Shown here: positions 43,294 to 55,100 of the stretch, one piece after another
Layout: each line of letters opens with the position of its first letter
Position numbering within the stretch: the stretch's first letter is position 1
DNA from: an uncultured Clostridia bacterium
GTDB taxonomy: Bacteria > Bacillota > Clostridia > Christensenellales > UBA1242
Assembly (NCBI GenBank): GCA_947054085.1
Contig: CAMRVD010000001.1
Span: 24,676-88,675 of the forward strand
DNA: 64,000 nt
Direction of reading: 5' to 3'
The notes under the pieces: model-generated
Told to the model about the DNA's origin: nothing
What the model saw: only the letters and a program-made list of their open reading frames with translations
Database searches by the model: none
Position numbers and translations under genes: made by a program

Positions 43294-44688
43294 ATGAGTA
43301 CTAAATCTTATGTTAAATTTTTGTTAATTATTCCAATCGTATTTACAATTGTATTTCTTTTTGGCTGCTCACCAAAATATAACTATTGTACAATAGACAC
43401 ATCCAACTATTCTGCAAATAGCGACTATTTAAACTTGCCCGAAGCCCCAATAATAGAATTAACACCCGAATATCTTCAGTCTTTGCAAGATACGGATGCA
43501 GATTTTTATATATTAAAAAATGATAATCTATGTAACTACGTTATTAATAATGTTTCATCTAAACCATTGGTATTTTTGTCAGATGCTATTGTAACAGTAT
43601 CAGCTAATATCAACAATATAAATAAACCTTTTATTATTAGTATTGCAAACAACTTATATATAAATTTAAACGCGAATATTTTTAGTAATATTACAGAGCA
43701 AATAACACTAAACAATGTAATCCCTGACGACACCCCATCAAATTACATAGTTACTGATGAGTTTGTAAACACTAATCAATCGGAAAACACTTTTAGTCAC
43801 TTAATTAATGGTAAAATCATAAACGTTTATGGAAAAGGCAGAATATCCGAACAGTCTAATGCAATAATTAACTGTAATACTGTTAATATGTGTAATGCAG
43901 ATATAATTCTTTCTAGTTTAAACCCAATTATATGTGATCATGTAAATTTTTATGGTGGCAGTTTTAATATAGTAAATAGCAAAATAGGCATAAACACAGA
44001 TAACATTAATATATATGGCGGAAATTTTAACCTAAATAACTGCAATACCGGAATAAAATGCAACAATGCTAATGTTTATAATGGTAAAATTGATATAAAT
44101 AATAGCAAAAATGCAATAATAGCTACAAGTGTATCTAAATTAGGCGGGTTTATAACAATAGAAAGTACTTATGGTATATTAAGTGAAAGTATTAGCATAT
44201 TAGATGGCTATTTATATGCAAATTGTAAGCAGTATTGCGTTAAAGCAACTAAAGATTTATTTGTAAACGGAGGAACTAATTTACTAATTACAAAAACAGC
44301 AAACTTTTCTGCCATAGAAGCGGAAGCCGCTAAATTTATTGTGAGTGGAGGTTTATTAATTCAAAACAGCGATTACGTATGTACTCCTCAATATAACTGG
44401 CTAGCATTTAGTTGCACCAGCGGAGATATATTGTCGGTTGCCAATAACAGGCAAGCTGTAAATGTGTGCGTATATACATCTGGAAGCATCCTTATAAGCG
44501 GAATTATTAACTATACCCAGTATAGCAATAGTGGCACTATAGTAGACTATAAAGATAACTTTTATGGTTTGCTTTTACAAGCAAAAGTAAATAATTGGGA
44601 TGTTAAAACAATAACCCAAGATCAAAAAAACTATGGTGCTAAAATATTTACTAGTGCCAATAATTATGTAAATGGTCAATTATTTTAA
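43294..44688 (+). CDS. putative lipoprotein with Asn-rich beta-helix-like repeats
   Basis: Signal peptide + lipobox LFGC. Reiterated …VN(F/I)YGG(S/N)FN(I/L)(V/N)N… motifs. Confidence 0.6.
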   Translation: MSTKSYVKFLLIIPIVFTIVFLFGCSPKYNYCTIDTSNYSANSDYLNLPEAPIIELTPEYLQSLQDTDADFYILKNDNLCNYVINNVSSKPLVFLSDAIVTVSANINNINKPFIISIANNLYINLNANIFSNITEQITLNNVIPDDTPSNYIVTDEFVNTNQSENTFSHLINGKIINVYGKGRISEQSNAIINCNTVNMCNADIILSSLNPIICDHVNFYGGSFNIVNSKIGINTDNINIYGGNFNLNNCNTGIKCNNANVYNGKIDINNSKNAIIATSVSKLGGFITIESTYGILSESISILDGYLYANCKQYCVKATKDLFVNGGTNLLITKTANFSAIEAEAAKFIVSGGLLIQNSDYVCTPQYNWLAFSCTSGDILSVANNRQAVNVCVYTSGSILISGIINYTQYSNSGTIVDYKDNFYGLLLQAKVNNWDVKTITQDQKNYGAKIFTSANNYVNGQLF

Positions 44689-44698
44689 TTATTGTAAT

Positions 44699-45184
44699 AT
44701 GCAAAAAAAGTATCTATTTTTAACATTTTTTACAATTAGTGATATTTTTTTAGTAATAATATTTTTTACTGGTTGTACATATGGTCAAATAGTTAATCTA
44801 AGCGAGCAAGTTGCTATTTATCAAAATATGGGGTTTTATAAATACACTAATAACGAGCACGTCAACATAGAAAATATATCTATAAATATAAATTATTTAG
44901 ATGATATAAACCAAGATTTGGCTGTTAATAATCAAGACTATAGCTTACAAGAACTAACCATACTTATAAAACCCACGGAAGATAAAATAGAGGGATTACT
45001 ATTTATTTACAGATTTAATAATCAAGATAATGCTAATAAGTTTTGTAAATTTTATCACATTTCGGCTAATAATTATTATATAATTAGTAATTATGTTATA
45101 CAAAAAGGGCTGGCTTCTAATATTTTAAGCCAAGCACAAAATACTTACTATTTTAATAACTTTTATAAAAGCATAAAAAAATAG
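44699..45184 (+). CDS. putative lipoprotein, unknown function
   Basis: MQKKYLFLTFFTISDIFLVIIFFTGC lipobox. ATG 44699 preferred over 44672, which overlaps the upstream gene. Confidence 0.5.
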   Translation: MQKKYLFLTFFTISDIFLVIIFFTGCTYGQIVNLSEQVAIYQNMGFYKYTNNEHVNIENISININYLDDINQDLAVNNQDYSLQELTILIKPTEDKIEGLLFIYRFNNQDNANKFCKFYHISANNYYIISNYVIQKGLASNILSQAQNTYYFNNFYKSIKK

Positions 45185-45217
45185 ATATTTACATAAAAGT
45201 ATATATCTATTTTTTGT

Positions 45218-45838
45218 TTATTTAATTATTCCTATTTGCTTTAATCCACTTAAAATTTGGTCAAAAACTTTGTCAGGATTTTGTGTTCCGTCTACAACTA
45301 AAAACCTACTTGGATTATCTTTTATAATATTTTTGTAACCAATATAAACTTTTTCCATAAAAGTATTGCCAGCCATTTCTATGCGATCGAGTTTATCGAT
45401 TAGTCTACTATTACGATTTTCGCCAATACTTGCTGGTACATCTAAAAATACAGTACAAACGGGCGAAATTCCTTCGGTTGCTATGCTATTAAGTTTACTT
45501 ACGACATCTATATCTATTCCTCTGCCATAGCCTTGATACGCCAAGCTACTATCGGTAAATCGGTCGCAAATAACTAACTTGTTCGGATTATTTAAAATAG
45601 TATCATGCAAATGTTGATTTCGGGCTGCTTCAAATAATAACAATTCGCAAATATCGGTCATGCTAGCGTTTTCTTTATCTTTAATAACACCCCTGATTTC
45701 TTCGCTTATTTTGCCGCCTCCCGGCTCACGAGTAAATACTGCAGGCTGATTAGTACGCTTTAGATACTCTTCTAGCATTTTTAGCTGAGTACCCTTCCCC
45801 GAACCGTCAATGCCTTCAAAAACAATAAAATTTTTCAT
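45218..45838 (-). CDS. tmk: thymidylate kinase
   Basis: MKNFIVFEGIDGSGKGTQ P-loop, …DRFTDSSLAYQG…. Confidence 0.9.
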   Translation of the reverse strand: MKNFIVFEGIDGSGKGTQLKMLEEYLKRTNQPAVFTREPGGGKISEEIRGVIKDKENASMTDICELLLFEAARNQHLHDTILNNPNKLVICDRFTDSSLAYQGYGRGIDIDVVSKLNSIATEGISPVCTVFLDVPASIGENRNSRLIDKLDRIEMAGNTFMEKVYIGYKNIIKDNPSRFLVVDGTQNPDKVFDQILSGLKQIGIIK

Positions 45839-45924
45839 ATTTCCCCCGATAGTTTTTTGCAAAACTTGCATAAAAATATATTTAATAAAAACTAATTTAT
45901 CTTATTTACAAATAATTTACTTTT

Positions 45925-46419
45925 TTAATCTTCTTTTCTGCCAGTTAAATGACCTATTGTTTCTAGCCCTGCAAAATTATTCTGCCTTAAAGCTTCGTAA
46001 ATAATAATTGCCACACTATTAGACAAATTTAAGCTTCGTAAATTTTCTTTCATTGGTATACGAATACAGTTATTGTAGTTCTGCTTTAGAATATCTTCGC
46101 TAATTCCGTAACTTTCGCGACCAAAGCAAATTGCAACATCACCAGTGTAACTAATATCTGTATACTTTTTTTGTGCTTTGGTGGTAGCAAAGTACATAGG
46201 GATACCCTTCAAAAATTTCCGCAACTCGCTAAAACTATCTACAATAGTAATATTAGATTTATCAAAATAATCAAGCCCTGCTCGCTTATAGTGTTTATCG
46301 TCCAAACTAAAACCAAGAGGTTTTACCATATATAATTTGCTTCCAGTGACCGCACAAGTTCTGATAATGTTTCCTGCATTTTGGGGTATTTCTGGCTCTA
46401 TCAATACAATATGTAACAT
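45925..46419 (-). CDS. trmL: tRNA (cytidine/uridine-2'-O)-methyltransferase, SpoU/TrmL family
   Basis: MLHIVLIEPEIPQNAGNIIRTCAVTG…, C-terminal …LNLSNSVAIIIYEALRQ. Confidence 0.8.
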   Translation of the reverse strand: MLHIVLIEPEIPQNAGNIIRTCAVTGSKLYMVKPLGFSLDDKHYKRAGLDYFDKSNITIVDSFSELRKFLKGIPMYFATTKAQKKYTDISYTGDVAICFGRESYGISEDILKQNYNNCIRIPMKENLRSLNLSNSVAIIIYEALRQNNFAGLETIGHLTGRKED

Positions 46420-46518
46420 AATATCCTTAAACAAAAACTGCAAATTACTATAATTTTTAGGTAATTTTTGCAGTTTTTTTATAATTTTTATTTAAATTTC
46501 TAATATTAAAAAATATCA

Positions 46519-48927
46519 CTAAACAATAAAGTTCAATATTTTTTTAGGTACATAAATTACCTTTTTTATATCACCTGTAACATACTTTAAAACTTCCGTT
46601 ACTTGCAAAGCAATATTTTTAACTTCGTCAGCCGAAGCGTCTGCTGCAACTTTTATAACCGCCCTAACTTTTCCGTTTACTTGTACAGGTAATTCTATTT
46701 GGGTAAGAACAAGTTTGCTTTCATCTACCGTTGGCCAAGTTTGATCTTTAAATTCACCAAAACCACATTCTTCAAAAATTTCTTCTGCAATATGTGGAGC
46801 AAATGGGCTAATAAGTGTAACAAAATTTTTGTACTGGGCTTTTCCTATTTTATTAAGCTTGTATATTTCGTTAGTGCAAGTCATAATTTCGGCAATTGCA
46901 GTGTTAAACTTAATGTTATCTATATCTTCTGTAACTTTTTTAATAGCATGATTAATGGCGTAATCTAGCTCTGTAACATTATTTTCTACCAAAACTTCTT
47001 TCATGTTCCAAATTCTGTTCAATAGTCTAAATGCCGATTTTGTTCCGTCGTCGCTCCAATTGACTGTTTCAAAGTAGTCACCCATAAAGGCTTCCCACAC
47101 GCGTAGAGCATCTGCGCCGTACTGGTTTATAACATCTAATGGGTCTACAACATTACCAAGGCTTTTGCTCATTTTAACGCCGTTAGCACCAAGCACAATA
47201 CCTTGCGAAACGCGGCTATCAAACGGTTCTTTTACAGGACTTAAGCCAATATCGAACAAAAATTTATTCCAAAATCTTGCAAATAGCAGATGTCTTGTAG
47301 TATGTTCGTTGCCGCCATTATATAAATTTACCGGTAGCCATGCTTTAAGGGCGTCGCTACTTGCAAATTCCTTACTATTGTTTGGGTCGCAATAACGCAT
47401 ATAGTACCACGAACTACCTGCCCAACCCGGCATTGTATCGGTTTCGCGTTTTGCGACTCCCCCGCAACATGGGCAAGTTGTGTTTACAAAGCTATCTATA
47501 CGTGCAAGCGGGCTATTGCCCTCTTTATCCGGCTCGTAATTATCTACAATCGGAAGAGTTACCGGTAGCTGATCCTCTGGCACTGGCTGCCAGCCACATT
47601 TGTCACAATACACCATAGGAATAGGCTCGCCCCAATACCTTTGACGCGAGAAACACCAGTCGCTTAACCTATAGTTTTGATTTTTGCGAGCAATCCCTTT
47701 TTTTACTAAATAATCGGTAATATTCTTTTTGGCTTCTTCTACAATCTGACCAGTAAACTGTTCGCTATTAATAAGTATGCATCCTTTGCCAAGGTAATCG
47801 GTTTTTTCAAACGCATGCTCGGTTACATCCCCGCCGCTTATTACCTGAATGTTTCCGCCGATATTATGTTTTGCTGCAAACTCAAAGTCGCGTTGGTCGT
47901 GGGCAGGTACTGCCATAACAGCACCAGTACCATAACTAGCTAGCACAAAATCCCCAGCATAAATAGGCACTTGTTTGCCATTTACTGGGTTGATTGCCAT
48001 AACACCTTTAAGTTGTACGCCGCTCTTATCTTTGTTAAGTTCGCATCGCATAAAGTCAGACTTTTTAGCCGTCTGCTTTTGATATTCTGATACTTCGTCC
48101 CAGTTTGTAATGTATGGTTTAAGCTCTTTTACGATTTTACCGTCTGGAGCTACAACCATAAAGGTTATGCCGTAGATAGTTTCTATACAAGTTGTAAAAA
48201 TGCTAAAATTAACCCCTGCAGTTGTAGCAAAATCTACCTCTACACCCTCCGATCTACCTATCCAGTTTATTTGGCTAGTTTTTATATGAGGCATATAATT
48301 AGTAAGTGCTAAATCATCTATTAGTCTATCTGCATAGTTAGTTATTTTTAGGATCCATTGCTCTTTTGGTTTTTGAGTGGTATCTCTACCGCACTGGCAG
48401 CACTTGCCATCCTCTACTTCTTCGTTGGCAAGCACTCCGCAATTAGGGCAGTAGTTTACAAGCATTTCGCGTTTTTCGGCTAGTCCATGCTTGTAAAATT
48501 GTAAAAATTGCCACTGTGTCCACTTGTAATAATCTGGGTCACTGGTATTAATTTCTCTGCTCCAGTCTACCGATAAGCCTAGTTTTTGAAGCTGCTTTTT
48601 AAAAGTTGCAATATTTCTGGCTACTATTTCCTGTGGTAACTTTTTTTCGCGGATTGCTGTACGCTCAGCCTCTAGCCCAAACGCATCGCAGCCCATAGGA
48701 AATAGTACATTATAGCCTTGAATGCGTAATTTTCGTGCTACTGCGTCCATGGCAGAATAACTGCGAACATGCCCTGTGTGTAGTCCCTTACCACTAGGGT
48801 ACGGAAACTCTATAAGCACATACCTATTTTGCTTGCCGGGCTGATGATTTTGCACTTCAAATCTTTTTTCTTCCTTCCATTTTTGTTGCCACTTGTTTTC
48901 TATTTCGGCTGGATTATATTGCTTCAT
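46519..48927 (-). CDS. leuS: leucine--tRNA ligase
   Basis: MKQYNPAEIENKWQQKW…PYPSGKGLHTGHVRSY…, KMSKSLGN. ATG at 48927. Confidence 0.96.
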   Translation of the reverse strand: MKQYNPAEIENKWQQKWKEEKRFEVQNHQPGKQNRYVLIEFPYPSGKGLHTGHVRSYSAMDAVARKLRIQGYNVLFPMGCDAFGLEAERTAIREKKLPQEIVARNIATFKKQLQKLGLSVDWSREINTSDPDYYKWTQWQFLQFYKHGLAEKREMLVNYCPNCGVLANEEVEDGKCCQCGRDTTQKPKEQWILKITNYADRLIDDLALTNYMPHIKTSQINWIGRSEGVEVDFATTAGVNFSIFTTCIETIYGITFMVVAPDGKIVKELKPYITNWDEVSEYQKQTAKKSDFMRCELNKDKSGVQLKGVMAINPVNGKQVPIYAGDFVLASYGTGAVMAVPAHDQRDFEFAAKHNIGGNIQVISGGDVTEHAFEKTDYLGKGCILINSEQFTGQIVEEAKKNITDYLVKKGIARKNQNYRLSDWCFSRQRYWGEPIPMVYCDKCGWQPVPEDQLPVTLPIVDNYEPDKEGNSPLARIDSFVNTTCPCCGGVAKRETDTMPGWAGSSWYYMRYCDPNNSKEFASSDALKAWLPVNLYNGGNEHTTRHLLFARFWNKFLFDIGLSPVKEPFDSRVSQGIVLGANGVKMSKSLGNVVDPLDVINQYGADALRVWEAFMGDYFETVNWSDDGTKSAFRLLNRIWNMKEVLVENNVTELDYAINHAIKKVTEDIDNIKFNTAIAEIMTCTNEIYKLNKIGKAQYKNFVTLISPFAPHIAEEIFEECGFGEFKDQTWPTVDESKLVLTQIELPVQVNGKVRAVIKVAADASADEVKNIALQVTEVLKYVTGDIKKVIYVPKKILNFIV

Positions 48928-48972
48928 AACATTGTCCTTATATAAAATTTTGTATATATTTTTATTAAAAAG

Positions 48973-49002
48973 ATAGTACCACAAAAGTTCACTATTTGTC
49001 TA
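48973..49002 (-). promoter_or_regulatory. probable sigma-A promoter for leuS (extended -10)
   Basis: - strand TAGACA, 18 nt ending in TGG, TACTAT. Short leader, no T-box. Confidence 0.45.
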
Positions 49003-49025
49003 CTTATTAAAATAATTAACCAATT

Positions 49026-49057
49026 AAAAAGCAAGGAATTTTTCCTTGCTTTTTTTG
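49026..49057 (-). terminator. intrinsic terminator after the giant gene
   Basis: AAAAAGCAAGGA-ATTTTT-CCTTGCTTTTTTT. Confidence 0.8.
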
Positions 49058-49138
49058 AACCTTTTACAGCCATTTAACTAAAATTTAAGCTTAAGTATTT
49101 AATTACTTTTTTATTTCTATCTTAGCTAATAGTTTAGC

Positions 49139-52100
49139 TTAACTTAAAGTTATTGTAATATTGTCAAACTCTACACCATCAGCACCCGAGTCATCCATAT
49201 TAATAATAGGATTATCCAGTTCGCTATCGTTATCGTTAGAGATTTTAATATGGCTATATTGTCCCGCACATGCACCAGTAAAGAAGAATAAGTAACTTTG
49301 AACAGTTCCTGTATTATCTACAGGCACAACACCAATCATATCTATGTTGCAAGCTTTTACATAGCTACCATCTTGCTGGTTAAATATTATACCTGCCCTA
49401 GTAGCATTTTGTATTTGCATACGATAAATGGCTGCACCTTTTTCCTCTGTATTTTCGTCTTTACTTGCAGAGTTTATGTATAGTTCGCCAATTACATTAA
49501 ATAATGTTAGACCTTGACCATCGCCATAATCTATATTTATAGCCGCACTATTTGGGTTGCCCGAATTAAATTTAAGTACGCTACCAGCACTAACCTCGAA
49601 TACACTACCACCAGTGAATGTACCACCAGTTTTTGTAATTTTTAATGTAGCACTGGTACCGTTTGTAGTACCCTCTACTTCGTCACCCGAAACAACTAAT
49701 CCTAAAGTATTGATTGTAAGTTTTATAGGACTACCATTATTAGTCGTTAGCTTAATAGTTTTATTTATATTATAAACTCTACTATTTATACCATCGTTGT
49801 ATAGATTAATTATAGCGTCAGTAATATTATTTTCTACAATCCAGTTGTAGGCAGCCATAAAGTCGTTTGCACAGGTTTCTGTATCGGTTTGTTTAAAGTT
49901 TCCAAAACCTTTATGCTTTTTATAGCCATCGCCATACTCTACCCAAACACTAACAGGTTTCCATTCGCCAGCTAATTTAATATTACCAGCGTCTTTGTTA
50001 TCCCAAAGCAAGATTGTAGAATTATCTCCACCTATGCTTTGTAAATAGCCCTTAAGAATACTAAACTCGTTGTACTGATTTAATGTTCCGTCACTACCAT
50101 AAATAGACCACTCGCCTTGGTTATTTGTGCTATAACCAACCAATCTATAATGCGTTATATCAGCGATTTGATTTAGTGTAAAGTGGTTATAATCCACATT
50201 TCCTTCTGGTATTGTTTGAGTGTATTGTTCTAGAGGATCATCATTACTGTCTGCATAATAGTATATTGTACCATATTTATTAAACTGAACATTAACTACA
50301 ATATTGCGGTTAAATAAATTTTGATTAGTTTCGACTTTAGCCGCTAAGCTATGACCCGCACCGCTTTGATCAGCTTCGCTAGTAATGTTGTAATTAATTT
50401 TACTACCAGTTATAACGCCTTCGTCAGAATGCTGTTCTGTATAAACTTCTGTTAGCTTGTAGAAGTAATAGAAGGTTTCTACCTTTACATCGGCTTTATC
50501 CCAATAGGTTATAAAGTCGCCATGAACAAGTGAACTAAAGCTATTGCCATTTTCGCTAGATATTACCAAATAATTACTACCTATCATAGCGTAAGCAGTT
50601 TTACTAGTGTAACTATTTTGTACTTCTGCACTTAAGTTAGCAATGGTATTATCATATTTAGTTCTGTCTATATTAGTAAATGTCAATAATCGTTCGATAG
50701 CTGTTCCCTTAAACAGTTTAACAGTTATTTCTACCTTAGCTGCACCTTGTTGTAATGATCCGCCAGAATATATATTAATTAAGTCGTTTAAGCTTACGTT
50801 AGAATATATTGGATCACAATCTACTATTGCACCTATTGTAGTAAGATTTCTTGTTATATCACTAAACTGCACAACATATTTTCTGTCAGTACCTTCGCCC
50901 TCCAACTTAATTGATCCAAAATTAATTGTGTTTATAATTATAGGAACTTCTGCAGAACTTAGTAAAGTTTTATTTTCTCCATTGTAAATTGCATCATTAT
51001 TTGCATAATTTAAGATATCATCATGAGGAGTTAGTGTAACTCTTTCGCTTTGGTAAGCAGTTATAACAATATCGTTGGTAAACAATACTTCATCTTCTAT
51101 TCCAGCAAAGTTAGAAGTCGGTACTTTACGAATTACTCTATTAGTAACAGTAAACTGCATTTTATGATACCAATTAGCAGTTAAATTTAGAGTAATATCG
51201 CCAGAATTATTTCCGTTTAAGACAACTACTTCCCAATTGTTATTATCATAAATATTAATACCATTAATATTATCAAACACTAATTCGCCTAACGTTCCGT
51301 CAGCTTTTAGGTTCTCTCTGTACGCAAATGTAATAGCACTACCACCATTAATAGGTGTACTTACAATATTTGCAAGTTTACGAGGACCATTATCTACATC
51401 CTTTAGTAAATCGTAAAGGTCGCTGTTTTGTAAGTTTATTATGTCTTTATACCAACCTGTGACTGTGCCCATAATGCGATTTGAATCGGCATCAAAAACT
51501 TTAAGCGTAATCTTTGCTTGGTTATAAGTAACGGTAATTATATCACCTTGTGCTAGTGGCAAGTACGTTGTTTCGCCGTTTATAGTTGTAGAACAATATT
51601 CGCGACTTATAGTACCTAATATGTTACCTGTTGTTTCGCTATTAGTATTTACATCACTTACATAGCTAATTCCACTTATGTAATAACCATTATTTACTTT
51701 TGCCGTTGCTGTATATTTTATACGATCACCGGCGTAAATAGTTATAGTTTTACGAACCGAAGTATTAATAGTAGCACTAGCAATATCTGCAACTACACTA
51801 TCCGCATAATAGTAATTTAAAGTGCTATCTGCATTATTTACTAATCTGTTGTGTCTATCAAACTCTTCTAAATAATTTATACCTTGAAGTGTAAACTCGC
51901 CAGCATCTGCAGTTATATTATCCAACCCACCAGTATGCTCTGCATCTAACACGCTATCTACATTAATTTGGATTGTCTTTAATGTTAATAGTACAACAAT
52001 GTATATATCGTCACCATTATTTGCATCAAATGCAGGAAGAATTGTGCTATCAGTTTTTTGTGTAATTATAACTTTTCCGCTTGAAGTTATAATAGCGTAA

Positions 52101-55100
52101 CCAAATAGATTGTAATAATCAAATTGTTCGGTATCAGAAAGCCCAAGGACAGAGCCTGTAGCAATACTATTATCAGTTAAGTATAATCCGTAGCTTTGTT
52201 TAAAGTTATAGGTTACACCTAACCTATCTGATAACACTAAACCACCAGACAAATCTGCCGATAGTTGCTCGAAGTCTGATGCGTCTATAGCTATAATTGA
52301 TTTTGCAGGGTTTTCTACCACATTATAAACATTAGCTGACCAAATAGGAGATAATCTTGTACCATTGTTAGTTTTATTAAATGGGTTTTTAAGGTTTACA
52401 GAAGTTTGCGATATTTCTACTTGGTCTTTGCTATCTGCTAAATCAAAACCAGATAAGTGGTAACCAGTTTTTGTGCCAATAATGCTTGTTATCTTATAAA
52501 CATCAGTAGTTTTACCGTTATATTCTGGATTTTGGTTAGACCAATATAATCCAGTATCTGCAAACAATCCATAAATGTTACCAACAGCTGTAGTCGAATT
52601 GTAAACTTCGCCATTAGTACCTGCTATAAAGCTAATATTTTCGCCATCCTTAGCATTAACATTTAAGCTAAAGTATTTTGCCGCCATTGTAGCAGTAAGT
52701 TGTAGCTCACCAGTATATGTATAAGGTTTATCTAAACTATTAAAGTTGTTCATTTCTCCTGCTACTAAGTTATATAGAACACTATTAGAGCTTCCGCTTG
52801 CAGCCACAAACTGATAACCATTATTGGTAGAAACACCACCAAGTGTTACTTCTTTATTTATGTTTAAATTAGAAATTCTGTGAGCAATACCGCTACTATC
52901 TTTTACATAAAGTTCGGTAGAATCAAACTTAATAAATATATTGTCTATATCGTTAAAGGCTTGACTACTACTTGTAATAAATGCACTTAAGTTATCTGTT
53001 GTTTTATTTGTAAAGCTTATATTATATAAATTAGCTTCCCAAATAGCATAAATTGTAAGTTCGCCATCGTATATCCATCTGCCGTCTACATCTGCAAACG
53101 AAGAGCCTTTTACGATTGTTCCAGTTTCGTCAAACACCATTTGACCATCTACAGTGTTACCTGCGGAATAGAATCCTTTAAATGTATATCCATTTACACT
53201 ATAAAGTAATTTTACTGTTACTTTTTGATCGTAAGTAACAACATGGCTTGTTTTAAAGTTTCCTGTTGTATCTGTTATAGGTGTTCCAAAGTAGCTTATT
53301 GTATTATAAGTACTCATATAAACTGGACTATCTGGGTTTGCACTGGCATTTGCGTTAAGTGTTACCGTGTAGTTTTTAGCAGTCCATCTAGCAAATAAAG
53401 TTAGTGAATTTCCATTTGCAGGAATATGTTTCCATACTCCATCTATAATGTAAGCGTTAGTAGTGGTATCTGTTATTGGATTACCATTACTATCGTATAC
53501 AAGCACGCCGTCTTCGCTAGCCCAGCCGCCAAATGTGTAACCAGCAGCCGTTGGGTTAATATACCCCGATAGACCACTTAAGCTATTAACTGCATCGTTG
53601 TATCTAATTATAAACTGAGAAATACCCATCTCTACAGATGTATTTGGTTTGTCTGCATCTGCAGCTTTTGGCGTGTTAGGATTTAGATAAATTGTATAAC
53701 TTTGTGCCGACCAGTTTGCAGTTAAACTAAAGCTTCCCCAAATTCCTGCAGATAGTATTAGATTTTCGCCTTCGGCAATAATGTTCACTTCGCCAAAAGT
53801 ACTATTAACGCCCGTACTATCAACCGACCAACCAGTAAAGTTGTATCCATCCTTTGTAGGATTACTTAATTGTAAAGTCTGCTCGTCTGCATTGTAAGTA
53901 TACTCTTTTGGTGTATTTAAGCCTTCTGTTCCGCCGTCTAAATTATAAGTTATCTGATATTCGCCAGCTGCATAAATTGCCTTAAGGGTAACGTTTCCAT
54001 AATTTCCTTTACCTAAGTGCATGTCTGTTAACTGAGCACCATTTACAAAACTGCCAGATGTTGACATAACTAAATAGTAAGCTAAATTAAAGCCAGGATT
54101 TTTTGCTTTAGGTAATGTAATATCGCTTTCGTAAGTATACTCTAATGGTTCTATTGCTTCGCCGCCATTAGTATCAAAAGTGATAGTATATTTATTAACT
54201 TGCCATTTTGTGTATAGGTCTATGGTAGCATTAGCAGCCGCTGCGTACACCCACTTACCATCTGATATATATCCATTAACATCTGTAACCGCAACACCGC
54301 TGTTTGTAAACAACTGCACACCATTTTCGGTTCTGGAAGTATAGTAACCAAGTAATGTATAACCATTAGCTGTTGGCATACTTGTAATTTGAGCTATGCT
54401 ATTGTCAAATATTACATTTACAGTAGTTGTTCCAGCAGTAATATCACTAGTCATTCCGCTAATTGGAGTCTGGTTTAGGTTAAGTGTATATGTATGTGCC
54501 TGCCACCTAGCATAAAGGTTAACGACTCTTTCGCCATTGCTATTTTCGGCAGCGTCATAAATCCAGTTGCCAGCTTCGCTTACATAAGAGGTTCCAAGAA
54601 CCACTCTTCCATCAGCCCCAAACACTTGAACGCCAGTAGATTGACCCGAGTAGAAGCCCATAAATGTATAACCATTAGCCGATGCCATAGCTTGTATATT
54701 TACACCACCATCAAACCTTACTTGTGGATTTGGTACTTGAACGCCGCCAGATGTAATATTAATGGTTATAGTGCTGCTCATATTAATTGGCTTATTATTG
54801 TTAAAGCTTAAAGTAATGCTATTAGCACTCCAAACTGCATATAAAGTAAATACCTTTGCATTATTTACTACACTTGCACGGTTGTACCACGAGTTAACAT
54901 ACTCGGTAATACTTGCATCTCCGCTATTTGTAGCTGGTATACGATTAGTAGAAAGAACATCGCCATTTGTAGTTGTAGACCAACCCATAAATGTGTATCC
55001 GCTAAGAATGTAATTATTAACAGATAGGGTTAAGCTACTATCGTAAGTCGCAATACTATTTGCTGTATTTCCGCTAATATTGCTGCTTGCACCATTAGGT

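Noticed and set aside
6682-48984. N-terminal extensions offered by the ORF track for fusA (to 8811), glnS (18689), dnaB (20428), tmk (45871), trmL (46443), leuS (48984), the 11462 gene (12124) and the GT2 gene (32620)
   Set aside because: In each case an internal ATG aligns with the conserved protein N-terminus and has an SD at the proper distance. The extensions are hydrophobic or odd peptides, or overlap the upstream gene.
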